Origin: a virus
Strand: one strand, 5' to 3'
Virus record (IMG/VR): IMGVR_UViG_3300009550_000008
DNA: 64,000 bases
The notes under the pieces were generated by a model. It ran no database searches, was not told the DNA's origin, and saw only the letters and a list, made by a program, of their open reading frames with translations. Of this stretch, positions 1-8,413 are shown piece by piece (position 1 is the first letter of the stretch; the number at the start of each line of letters is the position of its first letter). The position numbers and the translations under genes were made by a program.

Positions 1-5
1 GAGTA

Positions 6-416
6 ATGGCTATAAGTAAATCATTCAAACTTGCAGAACTCATTCGTCATATTGAATATGATTCTACGGATGATGTAATCAAAACAAGTAAAGCAACTCA
101 AGATAAACATAAAAAGAGGGATTCTACAAGTAAATCCTCTACCGATGTATTCAATCTTGATACCTTTGCTCATGCAGACTTTAGAGCTGCAAGATACATC
201 GTTGCAATGTCTAAAGGAACAGATTTCCATTCAACGGAAATTATGTTGATTCATGACGGAACCACAGTATCATTAACTCAATATGGAGTATTGCAAGATG
301 CAACACTTGCGTCATTTGATGCAGACATCAATGGTGACAATGTTAGACTTAGGTGTACACCAGCTTCGGCAACTACGACTACAATCAAGTATGACCGTAC
401 ACTGGTAGAAGCGTAA
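6..416 (+). CDS. Putative virion structural protein (tail/baseplate-associated)
   Basis: C-terminal FRAARYIV...HSTEIMLIHDG...QYG segment resembles a domain common in structural proteins of marine T4-like phages; lies in the fibre region. Confidence 0.5.
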   Translation: MAISKSFKLAELIRHIEYDSTDDVIKTSKATQDKHKKRDSTSKSSTDVFNLDTFAHADFRAARYIVAMSKGTDFHSTEIMLIHDGTTVSLTQYGVLQDATLASFDADINGDNVRLRCTPASATTTTIKYDRTLVEA

Positions 417-435
417 GAGAACTTCAAACCAAATT

Positions 436-463
436 AAATGGGGCTTCGGCCCCATTTTCTTTT
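436..463 (+). terminator. Rho-independent terminator
   Basis: AAATGGGGC-TTCG-GCCCCATTT stem with UUCG loop, followed by a T-rich tract. Confidence 0.85.
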
Positions 464-534
464 ACGGGTAAGGCTCTCTATCTCATAAATAATCCTATAC
501 ATTCTAAACAATTCAATTTAGGACACGGAGAAAC

Positions 535-768
535 ATGGCAGATACAAAAAATTTCAGAGTAGAGTATGGAATTAACAGTGGTTCTAGTGAGGTGATAAAT
601 TCAAGTGGGAAAGTTGTAGCATCTGCTCTATCAGCAGTCGATTCAGACGATATAACAGAAGGTTCGTCTAATACATTTTTTACTACAACCCGTGTGAATA
701 ACCACCTAGCAGATTCCGGCTCGGCAAAGACAATTAATAATGCTACAATAGATGGAGGAACATTCTAG
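535..768 (+). CDS. Short fibre-related protein, partial paralog of the downstream fibre
   Basis: GGAG RBS and upstream CATAAATA (484-491); shares NFxxxxG...EVIxSSG and D-x-TEGSSN motifs with ORF 768-2603. Confidence 0.6.
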   Translation: MADTKNFRVEYGINSGSSEVINSSGKVVASALSAVDSDDITEGSSNTFFTTTRVNNHLADSGSAKTINNATIDGGTF

Positions 769-2603
769 TGGCTGCACAGAATTTTAAAATCAAGAACGGT
801 TTAACGGTAGGTACTACTGAGGTAATCGATAGTTCAGGTGACTTAACAAATGCAGCTTTCGGAACTGCAGCTAAAGAAGCAATTGACGATCAAGTAAATA
901 CTCTAATGACCGCAGGTTCGGGAATCTCATTATCATATGACGATTCAGCAGGAACATTAACAGTAACAAGAGATGCAGAAACAGGAGACATCGAAGGAGT
1001 TGTTGCTGGTACAAACTTAAGTGGTGGTGGTACATCGGGTACAGTCACATTAAATGTAGAACAAGAATTAACAAACTCAACTGCACCATTTTACCATAAG
1101 ATCGCTGTAACAGTAGTCAGTGATAGTGGTAACAAATATGCAATGGATGGAAATACATCAGGTGGTGTTGCAGTTAGATTGATGCCTAATATAGTTTATA
1201 GGTTCGATCAATCAGACAGTTCAAACGCAAACCATCCATTAAGATTTTCAGAAACCTCAGATGGAACCCACAACAGTGGTGCAGAAATATCTGATGGTTA
1301 TCTAATATACAACAAAGTCGGAACACCAGGCTCGGCGGGTGCATACACAGAAGTTGCATTTGACCAAGAAAGTAACGACACATTATACACATACTGTTCT
1401 GCTCATAGTGGTATGGGACAGACAGTCACATTAGGATATGCTGGTGACATTACAGGTGTTACTGCTGGAGACGGTCTCTCAGGTGGTGGTGCAACTGGAG
1501 CGGTATCACTTGCATTAGATTTAAGTGAACTAACAGCTGCAGTGGTAGACCCTGCGACAGATAGTATTGCAATTATCGATGCTGGAGATGGTTCATCTAA
1601 GAAAGAAGCAATCGCAGACCTTGCAACGATGCAAGCTGGAGACGGACTAAGTGCATCAAGTGGTGCATTTGCAGTAAATGTAGATGACAGTTCAATAGAA
1701 ACAAGTTCAGATTCACTACAAGTCAAAGCTGGTGGTGTTACAAATGCAATGTTAGCAGGTTCAATTGCAAACGCAAAACTTGCAAATTCAGCAATCACAA
1801 TTGCTGGAAGTTCTACTTCATTAGGTGGAACAGTTCTTGCAGACACCGATGCATTAACAGAAGGTTCTTCAAACTTATATCTAACAAACGAAAGAATTGA
1901 TGACAGAGTTGCAACTCTTATAGTTGGTGGTTCAAATATCACATCAACTTATGATGATGCAGCGGGTACATTAACACTTGCTGGTTCGGCTGCATATGCA
2001 GACTCAGATGCAAGAGGTGCTATATCGGTAACCGATTCAGGTGGAGATGGTTCACTTGCATACAATAACTCTACAGGTGTTATCACATATACAGGCCCAA
2101 GTGCATCAGAAGTAAGAGCTCATATAACTGCTGGAACTGGTATTGGAATCAGTTCAGGTGAAGTAAGTATCGGGCAAGCAGTTGCAACATCAAGTAATGT
2201 TCAATTTGCAAACTTAACACTTTCAGGTGACTTAACAGTAAACGGAACAACCACAACAGTAGCAACAACAAACTCAGTGATTTCAGATGCATTGATAGAA
2301 CTAGGAAATGGAACATCAGGTTCACCAGCAAATGATGCTGGTCTAGTTATCGAAAGAGGAAGTTCAGACAATGTATTCATTGGTTGGGACGAAAGTGCAG
2401 ATGCAATCACATTCGGTACAGGTTCATTTACAGGTGCAGATACAGGTAACTTGACAATAACACCTAGTGCAGTAAACACAGGTGCAGTGACAATTACAAA
2501 CGCAACAAATAGTGGTGGTACAGCAAGGAATGTTTATCAGTCTACATCAGCTCCGACAGGTGGAGATGGTGCAGTTGGTGATTTATGGATTTTATACTCT
2601 TAA
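768..2603 (+). CDS. Tail fibre-like virion protein
   Basis: G/S/T/A-rich; repeated GDIxGVxAGxxLSGGG motifs; YRFDQSDSSN...HPLRFS...HSGMG module; C-terminal APTGGDGAVGDLW motif; GTG start overlaps the upstream stop. Confidence 0.75.
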   Translation: MAAQNFKIKNGLTVGTTEVIDSSGDLTNAAFGTAAKEAIDDQVNTLMTAGSGISLSYDDSAGTLTVTRDAETGDIEGVVAGTNLSGGGTSGTVTLNVEQELTNSTAPFYHKIAVTVVSDSGNKYAMDGNTSGGVAVRLMPNIVYRFDQSDSSNANHPLRFSETSDGTHNSGAEISDGYLIYNKVGTPGSAGAYTEVAFDQESNDTLYTYCSAHSGMGQTVTLGYAGDITGVTAGDGLSGGGATGAVSLALDLSELTAAVVDPATDSIAIIDAGDGSSKKEAIADLATMQAGDGLSASSGAFAVNVDDSSIETSSDSLQVKAGGVTNAMLAGSIANAKLANSAITIAGSSTSLGGTVLADTDALTEGSSNLYLTNERIDDRVATLIVGGSNITSTYDDAAGTLTLAGSAAYADSDARGAISVTDSGGDGSLAYNNSTGVITYTGPSASEVRAHITAGTGIGISSGEVSIGQAVATSSNVQFANLTLSGDLTVNGTTTTVATTNSVISDALIELGNGTSGSPANDAGLVIERGSSDNVFIGWDESADAITFGTGSFTGADTGNLTITPSAVNTGAVTITNATNSGGTARNVYQSTSAPTGGDGAVGDLWILYS

Positions 2604-2623
2604 TTGAGTCAGTGAGGAATTAA

Positions 2624-3910
2624 ATGGCGTCAGGTAACCAAAAGGTTAAAACCCCTTCGGGTTGGAATGCAACTCAAGGTGCTTGGGTAAAAACAGGCAG
2701 TACAACTTGGAAGGCAGTAGATCAGATTTATATCAAGACTCCCGATGGATGGAATGATGCATCAGGACAAGAAGCAACGCAAATTCCTTACCCTTACATT
2801 GCAACTGGACAGGAACCAAACATTAGACAAACTATTGTTACATATCCTTACATTGCAAATGCTCAAGAACCAAATATAAGACAAACCATTGTTCCCTATC
2901 CTTACATTGCAAATGGTCAGGAACCTAACCAAAGATCAAGACAGATTTCTTATACCTATCAGGCACAGGCAAGACAACCAGTTGAATATCAATATGGTTC
3001 ACCGTTTACATACGATCATAGAGAACCTAATACATATTCAATAAGATCACCGTTTACATACGATCATAGGTCACCGTTCACTTATAATAGAACTGGAAGA
3101 AGTCCTTTTACTTATAATAGAACTGGTAGGACACCATTTACATATCAGGCACCAGCAAGACAACCTGCGACATATCAGGCTCCTGCTCGACAACCTTTTA
3201 TTGCAAATGCAAGACAACCGAATACATATCAAGCACCAGCAAGACAACCATTTATTGCAAGTGCAAGACAACCAGCAACATATCAAGCACCTGCGAGACA
3301 ACCGTTCATTGCATCTGCGAGACAACCTGCGACTTATCAAGCACCAGCAAGACAACCGTTCATTGCAAGTGCAAGAAACCCGTTCACTTATCAAGCAAGA
3401 ACACCAGTGTTTATACCAGGCGGTGGTGGTGGTTGCTTCAGTTCCGATATGCTTATTCTTATGGGTGATAATAGACTTATGCCTATCAGTGAAGTTCAAG
3501 CTGGAGACTTTGTATTATCATTTAACTTTGAAACTAACTTACTAGAATCTAGAGAAGTTGGTGCAATGATGGAACCAAGAGAAGATATACAACTATATAA
3601 TGTTAAACTTTCAAATGGTAACCACATTGAAATATCAGGTGGTCACCCAGTATCTACATCAAGAGGATGGAGATATATTAATGAGGATGCATGGAAAGTC
3701 GAAGTTGAAGCTGGAATTGCAGACTTCGAATGTGCAGAGGGTGAATTTGAAGTGGGTGACGAACTATTCTATTTCGGAGAACAAGAAGTGGTCGTTGAAA
3801 GTATAACTAAACAAGAAGAACTACAAACTACTTACAACATTGTATTAGTAGAAGGTAATGAAAACTATTTTGTGAATGGTGTTCTAGTTCATAACGGAGA
3901 GAAGAAGTAA
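2624..3910 (+). CDS. Repeat-rich fibre/adhesin-like protein A with C-terminal Hint (intein-like) domain
   Basis: Trp-rich N-terminus, 23 Pro-delimited 8/10-aa units, Gly5 linker, then a CF...SGGH...YFVNGVLVHN Hint domain; GAGG RBS. Confidence 0.8.
   Translation: MASGNQKVKTPSGWNATQGAWVKTGSTTWKAVDQIYIKTPDGWNDASGQEATQIPYPYIATGQEPNIRQTIVTYPYIANAQEPNIRQTIVPYPYIANGQEPNQRSRQISYTYQAQARQPVEYQYGSPFTYDHREPNTYSIRSPFTYDHRSPFTYNRTGRSPFTYNRTGRTPFTYQAPARQPATYQAPARQPFIANARQPNTYQAPARQPFIASARQPATYQAPARQPFIASARQPATYQAPARQPFIASARNPFTYQARTPVFIPGGGGGCFSSDMLILMGDNRLMPISEVQAGDFVLSFNFETNLLESREVGAMMEPREDIQLYNVKLSNGNHIEISGGHPVSTSRGWRYINEDAWKVEVEAGIADFECAEGEFEVGDELFYFGEQEVVVESITKQEELQTTYNIVLVEGNENYFVNGVLVHNGEKK
2786..3403 (+). 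repeat. Coding tandem array: 23 units of 8 or 10 aa (206 aa)
   Basis: Units such as PYPYIANAQE, PNIRQTIV, PFTYDHRS, PFTYNRTGRS, PATYQAPARQ, PFIASARQ. Confidence 0.9.
3434..3895 (+). other. Hint/BIL-type autoprocessing domain (154 aa, no homing endonuclease)
   Basis: Cys1 (TGC at 3434), block B SxxH, block F YNI...NYFVNG, terminal His-Asn followed by Gly-Glu-Lys-Lys-stop. Confidence 0.85.
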
Positions 3911-4602
3911 TGGCTCAACAACCGTATCCAGCTAGTGCCCAACAACCGTTTACTTATAACGCGCAGAATCCATTTACATATCCTGCGAATTATCAGAATC
4001 CGTTCACTTATAACGCACAGAACCCGTTCACATACCCAGCAAACTATCAGAACCCGTTCACATACAATGCACAGAATCCGTTTACTTATCCAGCAAACTA
4101 TCAGTCACCGTTTACGCATAATGCTCAGAATCCGTTTACTTACCCAGCAAACTATCAGAGTCCATTTACATATCCAGCAAATGCACAACAACCTTATCCG
4201 TATATTGCAAATGCACAACAACCGTATCCGTATACTGCAGTAGGACAACAACCTAATATTAGGGCTTCACAACAACCTGCGATTAAAGATAGACAATCAC
4301 CGTATATTGCAGCTGCACAGGAACCAAATATTAGAGATTTACAGAGTCCGTTTACATATATGAATCAGGGTCGAGTACCTCAGACATATATTCACCAGTC
4401 TCCATTTACATATTCAAGACAAGGTGATACACAACAGTCTTATGACCATAGAAGTCCATTTACTTATCAGGTTATTGCAAATACTCAGAACAACTATGAC
4501 CATAGGTCTCCGTTCACATATGCAAGACAGGGACGAACTCCTGAACCAAGATGGGATGGTGTGGTTACACAACAGTGGCCTGCGACTCCAATTACCTCTT
4601 AA
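3910..4602 (+). CDS. Repeat-rich protein B, mirror partner of 2624-3910
   Basis: TAATG stop/start coupling with the upstream ORF; 23 units of 8/10 aa from the same vocabulary. Confidence 0.8.
   Translation: MAQQPYPASAQQPFTYNAQNPFTYPANYQNPFTYNAQNPFTYPANYQNPFTYNAQNPFTYPANYQSPFTHNAQNPFTYPANYQSPFTYPANAQQPYPYIANAQQPYPYTAVGQQPNIRASQQPAIKDRQSPYIAAAQEPNIRDLQSPFTYMNQGRVPQTYIHQSPFTYSRQGDTQQSYDHRSPFTYQVIANTQNNYDHRSPFTYARQGRTPEPRWDGVVTQQWPATPITS
3922..4539 (+). repeat. Coding tandem array: 23 units of 8 or 10 aa (206 aa)
   Basis: Units such as PFTYNAQN, PFTYPANYQN, PYPYIANAQQ, PNIRASQQ, QNNYDHRS, PFTYARQGRT. Confidence 0.9.
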
Positions 4603-4623
4603 TTTAGACACCTAAATATTTCT

Positions 4624-6189
4624 ATGTTAAAGACCATAGAAAACCTTGAACAAGCACGCAACTTTGAATTTAATACTCAGGGTATTGTTACCCAAGGATA
4701 TCAACAAGAAGCAATACGATTAGCAAATTCATATGATTTTGCAAGACCTAATAATGAAACGAGTGTTGATTGTTGGCAAGTGATGAAGTATGCCTTTGAG
4801 TCTCAACCACCTATAAAAAAGGTTCATTGGGAACAGATAAAAGAAAGGATAAATGATAATACATTACATACATTTGGACAATTACATCACAATTCTGTAC
4901 AGTATCTTAGATATGTTCAAGATGGTTGGACAGAAAAACTAAGACCCGACCATCCTATTGGTGGTGGTTCGATGGACTTTATGAATTATGATGATGAGTA
5001 TCAATGGTTATCAACTGTTAGTGACCATCCTGATTGTAATCAATTAAATCCAAGAGAAGAGAATACTCTAAGTTCATGTTATTATCACGCTGCAAAAGCA
5101 CACTGGTTAGTAAACAACATTCAGAAAGAAGGATTGAGACATCCTATCCAAGGACATACACATAAAAGTACAAGTGCCTCAGAATTTGGATTGACTATTC
5201 ATCCAGGCTCGATCAGATGTAGAGTAATGGAGACCCTTGATGACAATGAACTATATGTTTTAGTTACTGATTTTGAAAATGTATTTGATGAAGTAGAACC
5301 TTTTACATTCGAAGAGATGATGGATATGTGGGGTGAGTTAGGTAATAACAAAGGTAATCTATCTGCAATATTCGTTGATGGTAAAATAGAATGGTCACTA
5401 TCATCTACAGCTGGACTTGATTTTAGAGATGAAGTTTTTGATTTCAATAGAAAGGTAACTAAGTTAACGAAGAAAAAACCAGTTAACATATATCTTGGAT
5501 ACGATTCATCACATAGTGAGGTATACGATGTTGCAGAAGCTTCTATTCATCATTCTATAGAGAAATGTAAGAGTGGTGGTGTATCACATGAATTCTTTAA
5601 TGACTATAAGATAGAAGTCAAGAAACTTGACATTAATGCAATTTCAGAGTATACTAGACCTTACGCAAATCAATCTACTGAGTTTACTTACAGTAGATTC
5701 CTCATTCCATATCTAGAGAACTATGAAGGATTCAGTTTCTTTATAGATGACGATTACATATGGCAATGGTCACCTACATCCTTATTCTATTTCTTAGACC
5801 CTGAACATGCAATTGCTTGTGTTCAGTATCAGTTCGATCACCATGATGAAACCAAAATGGATGGTGAGAAGAATGTATCATATCCTAAAAAACTTTGGTC
5901 AAGTATGATGATCTTTAACAATGGTCATGAGGATTGTAAAAAATTAACACCCGAAGTTGTGAATACTGCAAGTGGACAATACTTACATCAGTTTGAATGG
6001 ACAGATCAGATCAGTGAAATCCCAGGCCATAAGATTGCAACAGAAGGATATGATAGTGAGTTATTAAAGACTCACCATGCAGTTCATTATACAAGAGGAG
6101 GCCCATGGATAAAAGACATGGATTATTCCAACATAAATATGTTAGAACTGTATAAACAGATGAAAAACAAGTTGCCAAAAAGCAACTAA
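4624..6189 (+). CDS. Fusion of a ParB/Srx-like N-terminal region and a GT-A glycosyltransferase
   Basis: C-terminal half has IYLGYDS, STEFTYSRFLIPYL, a DDD (DxD) motif, WSSMMIFN and HYTRGGPW; N-terminal half has WLVNNIQKEGLRHPI...HPGSIR. Confidence 0.7.
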   Translation: MLKTIENLEQARNFEFNTQGIVTQGYQQEAIRLANSYDFARPNNETSVDCWQVMKYAFESQPPIKKVHWEQIKERINDNTLHTFGQLHHNSVQYLRYVQDGWTEKLRPDHPIGGGSMDFMNYDDEYQWLSTVSDHPDCNQLNPREENTLSSCYYHAAKAHWLVNNIQKEGLRHPIQGHTHKSTSASEFGLTIHPGSIRCRVMETLDDNELYVLVTDFENVFDEVEPFTFEEMMDMWGELGNNKGNLSAIFVDGKIEWSLSSTAGLDFRDEVFDFNRKVTKLTKKKPVNIYLGYDSSHSEVYDVAEASIHHSIEKCKSGGVSHEFFNDYKIEVKKLDINAISEYTRPYANQSTEFTYSRFLIPYLENYEGFSFFIDDDYIWQWSPTSLFYFLDPEHAIACVQYQFDHHDETKMDGEKNVSYPKKLWSSMMIFNNGHEDCKKLTPEVVNTASGQYLHQFEWTDQISEIPGHKIATEGYDSELLKTHHAVHYTRGGPWIKDMDYSNINMLELYKQMKNKLPKSN

Positions 6190-6200
6190 TATGTTATAAT
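6172..6200 (+). promoter_or_regulatory. Sigma70-like promoter
   Basis: TTGCCA-N17-TATAAT upstream of ORF 6210. Confidence 0.5.
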
Positions 6201-6209
6201 GGAGATATT

Positions 6210-6779
6210 ATGAATTGTTTAATATACGATCAATGGGGTAATCTTTTTATAAGAAAACCTAATGGACTTGAGTGGAGACATGAAAATGTCGATAGACCTG
6301 CTTTAGGTTTTGACTTTGATGTTCTTATATACGATGATGTTGAATTTAAAATTGAAAAATTTGAAGACGGCAAAGAAATGGAAGAACAGGAAAAGCAACC
6401 CTTAACTGAAACCGATAAAGATGCCATCGAGGCATATATTGAAAATGCTGAACCCCCTAGTGGTGTCAGTCTAAACCAACAATATGTTGGGAGAATTGCA
6501 GAAGTTGTTAGAAACAATGTTATGCATCAATGTGAGAAATATGGATTCGATGATATGATCGAAGTATTGATGGCTGCAAGAGAAGGTTCTGCACATCCAT
6601 ATCGATCAAATGCTAGAAGAGCATTAGAATATTCAGATGCAGTAGCAAATGTTGCAGAGGGTGTATTCAGAGAGATTCAAATCACTAGAGAAGATACACT
6701 TAAACCTTTAGATGAATACATAATGCAAATACCACCTCCGTCTATTGGTGTTGGTAGAGATCAGTCTGTAGTAGGTTAA
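6210..6779 (+). CDS. Hypothetical protein, tail-fibre-assembly-like
   Basis: KYGFDDM...HPYRSNARRALEYSDAV resembles the C-terminal motif of fibre-adjacent chaperone-like proteins. Confidence 0.4.
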   Translation: MNCLIYDQWGNLFIRKPNGLEWRHENVDRPALGFDFDVLIYDDVEFKIEKFEDGKEMEEQEKQPLTETDKDAIEAYIENAEPPSGVSLNQQYVGRIAEVVRNNVMHQCEKYGFDDMIEVLMAAREGSAHPYRSNARRALEYSDAVANVAEGVFREIQITREDTLKPLDEYIMQIPPPSIGVGRDQSVVG

Positions 6780-6780
6780 C

Positions 6781-7497
6781 ATGCCCTCATTCGACTCGAT
6801 CAATGTCGAACACATTGAGTCCCCTTTTTACATCGAAGACATGCCTTTGGGTAATACTGTCTATGTTATAGATGATTATCTAGAGTCTTCACTTCATAAA
6901 GCCATGCATAGACATTTAGATCAGTGTTCATGGCAAAAGACTAATCAAGTCGATTATAGGGGCCCGAATCGAGGAGGACTTCCTAATCATTCTTTATGGG
7001 GATGTTCTTTTATAGTAGGTGAAAAACAAAATGATGGATATCTAAATGGTGCATCAGGATGTTCTAATTATTTAATTAGATGGTTTAATAGAAGACTAGA
7101 AACAGACTTTGGTTTTGCATGGGTAAGGTTTCAATATGCTGGTGCAAACTCTCAAACCCATGGTCAACATGGAACATGTCATGCAGATTGTCAGAAAGAT
7201 GATGAATGGAATCTTTCCTTTCTTTATTATACAAATAGATTTTGGAATCCACACTGGGGTGGTAAGTTAAGATTCTATAGTGAAAATAGAGAAGGTGGAA
7301 TCTTAGAACAAATGGATGATGTCGAAATAGGTTCCATTGATTTCAAACCAAATCGTCTCTTAATGTTTGATGGAAGAATACAACATGGTGCAGAAGCTCC
7401 ATCAGAAGATGCACGATATATAGATAGAAGATCAATTGTCGTTAGAGGAGACGAGATCGAGTTATTAAATAGGGGAGATAGATATGCCTACAATTGA
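6781..7497 (+). CDS. 2OG-Fe(II) oxygenase (prolyl-hydroxylase-like)
   Basis: HAD...WGGKLRF...FDGRIQH...R; HxD...H facial triad. Confidence 0.85.
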   Translation: MPSFDSINVEHIESPFYIEDMPLGNTVYVIDDYLESSLHKAMHRHLDQCSWQKTNQVDYRGPNRGGLPNHSLWGCSFIVGEKQNDGYLNGASGCSNYLIRWFNRRLETDFGFAWVRFQYAGANSQTHGQHGTCHADCQKDDEWNLSFLYYTNRFWNPHWGGKLRFYSENREGGILEQMDDVEIGSIDFKPNRLLMFDGRIQHGAEAPSEDARYIDRRSIVVRGDEIELLNRGDRYAYN

Positions 7498-8410
7498 GTT
7501 TAGAACATATAATAAACCATCGTTTGAAATGTTCAGACCAGTTGCAGCTAAATCTATGCAACCTGAATGGTGGAAGAAACAAAAGATTCGTGTAGATCAT
7601 CGTGGTCGTGTTGCACAAACAATAAGGTCTTGTCCTTCAATGCAAGACTGGTTAACAATGGGATATTATATTGTTTCAAGTGTTGATATCCCAATTAGAA
7701 ATGGATTAGATTGGAACTGGCCTAGTGGAGAAAGATTCTCTACGGATGAAGAAATTCCAGTACATTCTAGATCACACCCGTCTGCTCAAATGCAAGATTC
7801 TATAGAGTATTTGGGAGACGATGGCCCAGTTAAAGATGCATTTAAAATATCATCTTACTGGAATATGAAAACCCCGCCGGGCTATTCTGTTTTATTTTTA
7901 GACCCTTTCCTGTTTCAGAATAAATACTTTGCATGTTGGCAAGGAGTGATTGATACTGATGAGTTCAATGTTAATTTGGACAATGCACACATCATATTCT
8001 ATCCTAAAGTAAACCATTCATTTGTTATACCAGCTGGTACTCCACTGGTACAAGTGTTCCCATTTAAGAGGGAAGAATGGACATCAACATATTTTTTTCA
8101 AGAGCACTCAGATTGGCATAAGAATCATGGAACACATGAGAAGTCAATGCAAAAATGGCAAAGGAGTTTGGAATTGGTAGATGCAGATGGAACACCTAAT
8201 GAGAAGATCAACATCGGTGGTTATAGGAATGCTAAAATTTGGAAACCAAAGAGTAGATTCTTTGATAAACCCGAAGAAGTAAACCCACCACCTGAATGTC
8301 CAATGCACAGATCAGAAGAACAGCTGGAAATGGACTTTAATGATAAACAACGAGAGTTGACAGATTTAAATTGGGACGGTTCGGAGTCAAAGAAAATAGA
8401 TAGAGATTAG
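7484..8410 (+). CDS. Conserved phage protein (DUF6065-like) typical of oxygenase clusters
   Basis: TIRSCPSMQD, WNMKTPPGYSVLF, GVIDTD, IPAGTPLVQVFPFKR motifs. Confidence 0.55.
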   Translation: MPTIEFRTYNKPSFEMFRPVAAKSMQPEWWKKQKIRVDHRGRVAQTIRSCPSMQDWLTMGYYIVSSVDIPIRNGLDWNWPSGERFSTDEEIPVHSRSHPSAQMQDSIEYLGDDGPVKDAFKISSYWNMKTPPGYSVLFLDPFLFQNKYFACWQGVIDTDEFNVNLDNAHIIFYPKVNHSFVIPAGTPLVQVFPFKREEWTSTYFFQEHSDWHKNHGTHEKSMQKWQRSLELVDADGTPNEKINIGGYRNAKIWKPKSRFFDKPEEVNPPPECPMHRSEEQLEMDFNDKQRELTDLNWDGSESKKIDRD

Positions 8411-8413
8411 ATT

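Noticed and set aside
3434-3895. Mobile canonical intein
   Set aside because: No homing endonuclease, no Cys/Ser/Thr at +1, only a 4-aa C-extein, and the host protein is not a conserved enzyme
3895-3915. Programmed frameshift or sequencing error fusing ORFs A and B
   Set aside because: No canonical slippery heptamer; the TAATG overlap with an upstream GGAG is the same coupling used elsewhere in the window. It cannot be fully excluded without reads or homologs
2786-4539. Repeats read as a CRISPR array or a DGR template/variable repeat pair
   Set aside because: Units are in-frame coding repeats with synonymous variation and no unique spacers; there is no cas gene or reverse transcriptase in the window
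2786-4539. Mirror pattern explained by a DNA inverted duplication
   Set aside because: Both arrays read on the + strand with units in normal N-to-C orientation; only the order of unit lengths and types is reversed, and I see no reverse-complement identity between them
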